NCBI GenBank assembly: GCA_020137815.1
Contig: CM035356.1
Span: forward strand, 7,192,001-7,256,000
Source of the DNA: Hormiphora californensis
Lineage: Eukaryota > Animalia > Ctenophora
Direction: 5' to 3'
Length of the DNA: 64,000 nt
The position numbers and the translations under genes are program-made. The notes below the pieces were generated by a model, which saw only the letters and a list, made by a program, of their open reading frames with translations, was not told the origin of the DNA and did no database searches. Shown in pieces: positions 58,887 through 64,000 of the stretch (position 1 is the first letter of the stretch; each line of letters opens with the position of its first letter).

Positions 58887-61025
58887 TATATCCTGGCCTT
58901 TCATGATCATCTTCATTCCATTCTTGGTCCGAGTGGTAACTTTTCCAATCACCTCAATGTCCTTACTTGTCCGGAGGGTTGGGATTTACAAAATTAAAGT
59001 TTTGAATCACTACTGCACCCATTGGGTGCGCCTCAAGTAAGGGATATTTGATAACCGACCCGGCTTCGGGTGGTTCTTTTGCCCCTTTCAACGTCAATAA
59101 AACGGTTGCCATGGCAACTGAATTGGTAAATATGGGGACTGGCATGTTAAAAGTCATTCGAAAATATTAAAAACTTCCACTGGAAGTTCCAAAAGTGTGA
59201 ATGACAGGTTTACAGCTTTGGGCACATAAAGTGTTTTATGAAGGAGCACTGTCGCGTAGATACCGCCTAACGAACGACCACTTCGACGTTCATCTCCAAC
59301 TTATAATAGAGACTAGCGCACCCACCGGGTGCGCCTCAAGTAAGGGCTGTTGACAACCCACCCGGCTTCGCCGGGTGGTTCTCTGGGGCGCTCTTTATTA
59401 ACATACTTAACGCCAAAATTATGGTTGTCATGGCAACTGAAACGGTAACTATGGGGACTGAACCCGGACTGAATTGTTAAAATTCATCCGAAAGTATTCA
59501 CAAACTCCCAAAAGTGTGAATGACAGCTTTACAGCTTTGGTCACATTTGAGTGTTTTATGAAGGAGCAGTCTGTCGCTTAGATACCGCTGAACGAACGGC
59601 CACTTCGACGTTCATCTCCAAATTATAATAGAGATTCTAGCAAGTATAACCTTCAATGCCACCATCGCAAAATTCTTCTAACGCAATACCGAGATCCAAG
59701 AGAGAATGGCATGAATGAGTAGTTCACCCGCTTGACAGACGGAGCAAAACGATCCGGATTGAAATAGAGGGGGTCCTTCCAATATCTCGGGTCAACGTGT
59801 ATCACACTAGTAGGGATGAACAGCATAGATCCGTTTGGTAGGTGCCTCCCTTTGTTGTAGACCCCATTCTGCAACCACATGCTCGATAAGATACCCTGAT
59901 GGGAGGCTTCAACCGGAGGGTCTCCTTGATAATCATCTCCAGATATCGCAACTCATTCAAATCTTCAAACTCAACCACTGTACGTTCCCCAAGGACCTGT
60001 TTAACTTCCGCCTGTACTCTAGCCCGGACAGCAGGGTACACAGATAGGTAGAACGTGGCGATGGAAAGTGTGATGGCAGTCCCCTCCATGCCTGCCACCA
60101 GGAAATTTATGTACTCATCAACCAGATTGTCAAAGTTTAGCTCCTCTAACACTTGGTTAGATGATGTAGGAGAGAATGTTTGGCTCTGTGCCCATATTAG
60201 CGATTTCGTACTCCAGGTGTTCCTTTATTATGGGCCGTATGTTCTGAATGCTCTCATTCAAGGCTTTCTTCTCGGCGTGTCTGCAGAAGGGAAGGTTAAT
60301 TGTGAGTGGTTCACTAAATGCATACTGTACAACCTTCAGTCCGTTTCGTAAAGCATCTCGTACAGCCTTGCCGTGTTTCTCAATCATGTCCATAGACCAG
60401 TCGAATCCGCAAGCAGAGATGGTCGAAAACGAAGCATTTTAGTAATATCCTGTAATATCAAACGCCTCTCCCTCAGCTCCCTCCTCCATGAAATTTTGAA
60501 CGAGATCGTCTGCGGTCATATTCACTTTGCTCATGATAGTCCGCAGAAAATTCCTATGAAAAGCCGGATCGATAACTCTTCGCTTTTTTGCCCATATCTC
60601 CGTTCCGGGGTCGTGAAGTAGTCCATACTTACCAAGGAGTCGCACACCACCAATACTTGTAAGATACTTGTAGAAGATGGGGGACTTGTGGAAGCTGTGA
60701 CGGTCAGTTAAAATTTGTCCAACCAAGTCCAAATCATTGACATATATAGGAAGACTTTGGCAAAGATAGGAGCTGCCAATATATCCCAGCGGTTCTCCTG
60801 CGCGATGTGAGATAATATCTCGAACACTTGATGAGATTTCCCTGCCTTAACAAGAACTTTCTCTCGGCGCCTAAACTCACTCAACCCACCCGCAATCCAG
60901 GACAGGCCATACTCGACTTGCATTGAAGGGAAATGCTTGTATTTTCGGCGGATATTCCAAACATATGCGTGGAGCAGGGCATACGCCGTGAGGAGACACA
61001 CAATCACGCATGTCGATAGGAACAT
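58887..61025 (-). pseudogene. Intronless cytochrome P450 (CYP46A1-like) pseudogene
   Basis: N-terminal TM anchor; WAKKRRVIDPAF (C-helix), AGMEGT (I-helix), KETLR (K-helix), PDRF, FSLGSRYC (heme). About five frameshifts, an in-frame stop at 60439-60441, and a Helitron dimer inserted in the C-terminal coding region. Confidence 0.85.
59010..59634 (-). mobile_element. Head-to-tail Helitron dimer (59634-59313 and 59312-59010) inserted in the CYP pseudogene
   Basis: A|TCTCTATTATAA start; CTAG|TC internal junction; terminal hairpins. Removing the dimer restores ...LAR-M-IQNFNF (A|TG). Confidence 0.88.
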
Positions 61026-61534
61026 CCTAGAAAATGGGGGCATAAAAAATTGAATTTTTTTGAGAAAAGGCCAATCCGTGACAAAAATCAAAATGTATCA
61101 TCCCGGGCAGGGAAACATTTTATAATTTCTTTATTTCTTCTTCCCCCAAAAGTTTCGACTGGAGGGAATGAAGACGCAGCAGTTTTGCATCATAGAACAT
61201 ATATCATAACCCCATTGTTAGGTAATCATAATTTTAATGAGGGAGAGTGGAGAGTCTCTTTCGTAGAACAATTGTTCGTGCTCCTCCTTTTTCACGTTAT
61301 TATAGTATCGAGATAGGAGAAGGGGTGAAAGTTCTTGTAGCAAGATTCCATGTGGTATCAATAAAAATTATCATTGACTCGAATGGATATTTTTGAGTTC
61401 TCTGTTATGCCACATAGTTTTAACTGACCTAACTTTAAACTCAACCACAAGTGGGGCTTGGAAATGTTTTTAAGACCGGTTTGTGATTGAGTTTTCAGTT
61501 TTCAGTTTTGTTCCTAACACAACTCCCTACACAG

Positions 61535-62764
61535 ATGGCATATTATAGGGCGGAACTCACTCATCACGGACTTTCCACGGCTGTAATCTACATGGCAGCT
61601 ATTTTCCTTATTATAATTTCTCTCCAAACACTGATCAATGAAGGAGAAAACCACTTAGTGATTGTTGAACATCTCGATGTGGAATTTGAATACGATGAAC
61701 AACACAATATCACAATCGATATTATAACAAACGACACGAAGGAAGAGGAAAAGAAGGAGGAAGTTTTCATTGTGTTTGTGATTCCTATTAAACCTACTGA
61801 TTTTGAACGGCGTCAAGTGATCCGTGAAACATGGGCCAATCGTTCCAGTTGGATAGACTTTAAGGAGAAGTCCAATACGACATCTCCCCAGGATGAGTTC
61901 TACCGAAGATTTGCCATCATGTTTATCATAGCCGATCCAGATTTGGAATATAAGGAGGCTGCAGCAAGGGACAAGGAGGGGAATGATGATGAAACAATTG
62001 AAACGACAGAAGAAGGCAACGAAACAATTGAAACAGCGGAAGAAGTAGAAGGCGACGAAGTTAGTGAGGAAGGAGAGGAAGGCGATAATGCTAGTGATGA
62101 AGAAGCTGAAGATGAACCTGATATCAGCGAGCTGCTAAAGGAAGAAGCAGAAAGGTACGGTGATATTTATGATGTGGATGGGCTCGATGAGGGGTATCAA
62201 CTGATAAAATACAAGGTTCTCTGGGGCTTGAGACAGAGCCTAGTGCTATACAACGCCACCTATATCATTAAAACGGATGGAGATATTCTTGTCAATATGC
62301 CTGTCCTGATCAGGAGATTAAAAGTGGCATCCCGGACCGGCCTCTACACAGGATCCTGTTATGCGCACCGTCTAGAACCGACTGTTAGGGAGTACATGGA
62401 CATACATGGGAAGTTTCACAATTGGAAATACTGCTTGGGAGGAGGGTACATCTTATCCCGTGATGTGGTGGAGAGAATCATGGACCTGTCACGGGAGGTT
62501 GCACGGATTCCTATCATTGCTGAGGATATGTACACGGGGTACCTTGTTACAAGATTACAAGATCCAGTGGTGGTTCCAGTTTCAAATAACGGGTGGATAA
62601 AGTTGAATAGAAGGCAGGTTGACCCTAAAATTTTGAACACTATGGTGTTTTTTCACGATCTCAAGAAATTGGAACTTTTTGAACAGACTTTAGACAGCCT
62701 CAATGATGCTCCATTTTTACCTGGGGCTGATCAGCACAGTATGGTTCCTGGACATGAATACTAA
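61535..62764 (+). CDS. Beta-1,3-galactosyltransferase-like glycosyltransferase (GT31), type II membrane protein, intronless, 409 aa
   Basis: N-terminal TM helix; RRQVIRETWA, EEAERYGDI, YIIKTDGDILVN (DxD), YCLGGGYILSRDVV and EDMYTG motifs; ATG directly after cctacacag. Confidence 0.9.
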   Translation: MAYYRAELTHHGLSTAVIYMAAIFLIIISLQTLINEGENHLVIVEHLDVEFEYDEQHNITIDIITNDTKEEEKKEEVFIVFVIPIKPTDFERRQVIRETWANRSSWIDFKEKSNTTSPQDEFYRRFAIMFIIADPDLEYKEAAARDKEGNDDETIETTEEGNETIETAEEVEGDEVSEEGEEGDNASDEEAEDEPDISELLKEEAERYGDIYDVDGLDEGYQLIKYKVLWGLRQSLVLYNATYIIKTDGDILVNMPVLIRRLKVASRTGLYTGSCYAHRLEPTVREYMDIHGKFHNWKYCLGGGYILSRDVVERIMDLSREVARIPIIAEDMYTGYLVTRLQDPVVVPVSNNGWIKLNRRQVDPKILNTMVFFHDLKKLELFEQTLDSLNDAPFLPGADQHSMVPGHEY

Positions 62765-64000
62765 ACTACACGTATCTCACATCAGGACTTTGTTCTTACC
62801 CTCACTCTAAATGGCGAGAGAAAGGTCGTGGAGATGTGTGATTTTGTGTTTGGTAGAACATTTCCTTTCAAAGTAACTTATTTATTCTTTTCTCAATTAT
62901 TATAAATTTAAAATAGTTGGGGGATAACGATTAACGCCAGATTAGATATTTATGGATTTACAATTTAATGACTGGATTTATTTATTTATTCAATCTAATT
63001 TGTATAAATTGAATCACAATCAACATACACGCCCCTGACTGGAATACAACATTCAACGTAAGGCCCCCTCTCATTGTTAACAGACTATCGTCCCATCACA
63101 CCTACTGCTTACCAGGGGCGGTGTGCGGCTTTCAGCCGCGTCCGCCCACATGGGCCCAGGCTGGCTTGCATCCCCTGGACCCTGTGACCTGTCATCATCA
63201 TCATCATCAATAAACATTTAATATCCCGCTTTTTAGCACATATTACAAACTAACACTAACAAAAAGATAAACCTTAATGGATAGTTTAGAACTTTCTAAA
63301 GCGTCAATGGGGGACTTCACCCCCTTCAGACTCTCACTGGGGCTTTCGCCCCAGGTCCCGGACGGTTACAGCAGCTCGTGACCGAGGCAGGAGGCTACGG
63401 GCTGCCCCTGGAAGTTAAAAAAGGAACACGCCGGTCGCCGACGCGTGCATAAAAAATTAAGGGAAAAAAATTAAAAAGTCTAACTTTGAAACGCAAAAAA
63501 GCTTGGACGAGCAAGCGCGCACACGAAAACAATTCTAGATATTTCGCGCGGCGCTATATTTGCGCGTGCAAAATTTTCTAATTCGTAATAAATCACCTCT
63601 CCAGAATTAAATTCATTTTCATCGAATGAAATAACTTAAATTATCCCTTTCAAACAAATGAAACGTAACTTTTAAATGTCAAATTAAGCTGTTGTTATCA
63701 GAAACAATCATTTTAATAGTCTCGATCTCTTTCAGCTTCCAATTATGAAATTAAACCCAACCCCATTGTTTTTGCAGTAGCGTGAAGTTTATAATTATAC
63801 TTGGTACAGAAAAATAAACTCTTAAATCTCAAAATCGCGTCAAAATCTGAATACAAATTCCAAACGTCTTCTGAGAAATGTCTCTAGGTTATCTTTCTAT
63901 TTCGCTCCTCCATCTGATTCTGCTGGCTGCTTACCTGAAAAAACAAATTATATCATTGATTCACTATTGAGGCTACATATATCAATTCATGGAGTATATT

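Noticed and set aside
63880-63945. Minus-strand acceptor ttttttcag followed by a short frame; possible last exon of a neighbouring gene
   Set aside because: Too short to support without sequence beyond the window.

Overview
Eukaryotic (animal) genomic DNA with spliceosomal introns, many GA/CT microsatellites and many small non-autonomous transposons. The repeat content and the abundant GTTACCATGGTAAC motifs suggest a cydippid ctenophore (inference only). I reconstructed the genes by hand from splice sites and reading phase. (1) The 5' end of a PKN-like HR1-domain gene (minus strand, runs off the window start). (2) A QSOX sulfhydryl oxidase (plus strand), part of whose Erv domain is lost in a homopolymer-degraded stretch. 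(3) A 33-kb PINCH/LIMS five-LIM gene (minus strand) with a very long non-canonical N-terminus, about six alternative first coding exons and two alternative versions of the first half of LIM1. (4) An intronless secreted-protein gene nested antisense in a PINCH intron. (5) A CYP46-like P450 pseudogene split by a tandem Helitron. (6) An intronless GT31 beta-1,3-glycosyltransferase. Mobile elements include hAT-, Mutator-, mariner-, Chapaev- and possibly Academ-type non-autonomous elements (two are near-perfect foldbacks), Helitron tandems and an ORF1-only LINE. The most unusual signals are tandem duplication of splice junctions (arrays of decoy donors or acceptors beside about 15 real exon boundaries), the combinatorial N-terminal/LIM1 architecture of PINCH, and 3' splice sites just upstream of most start codons.
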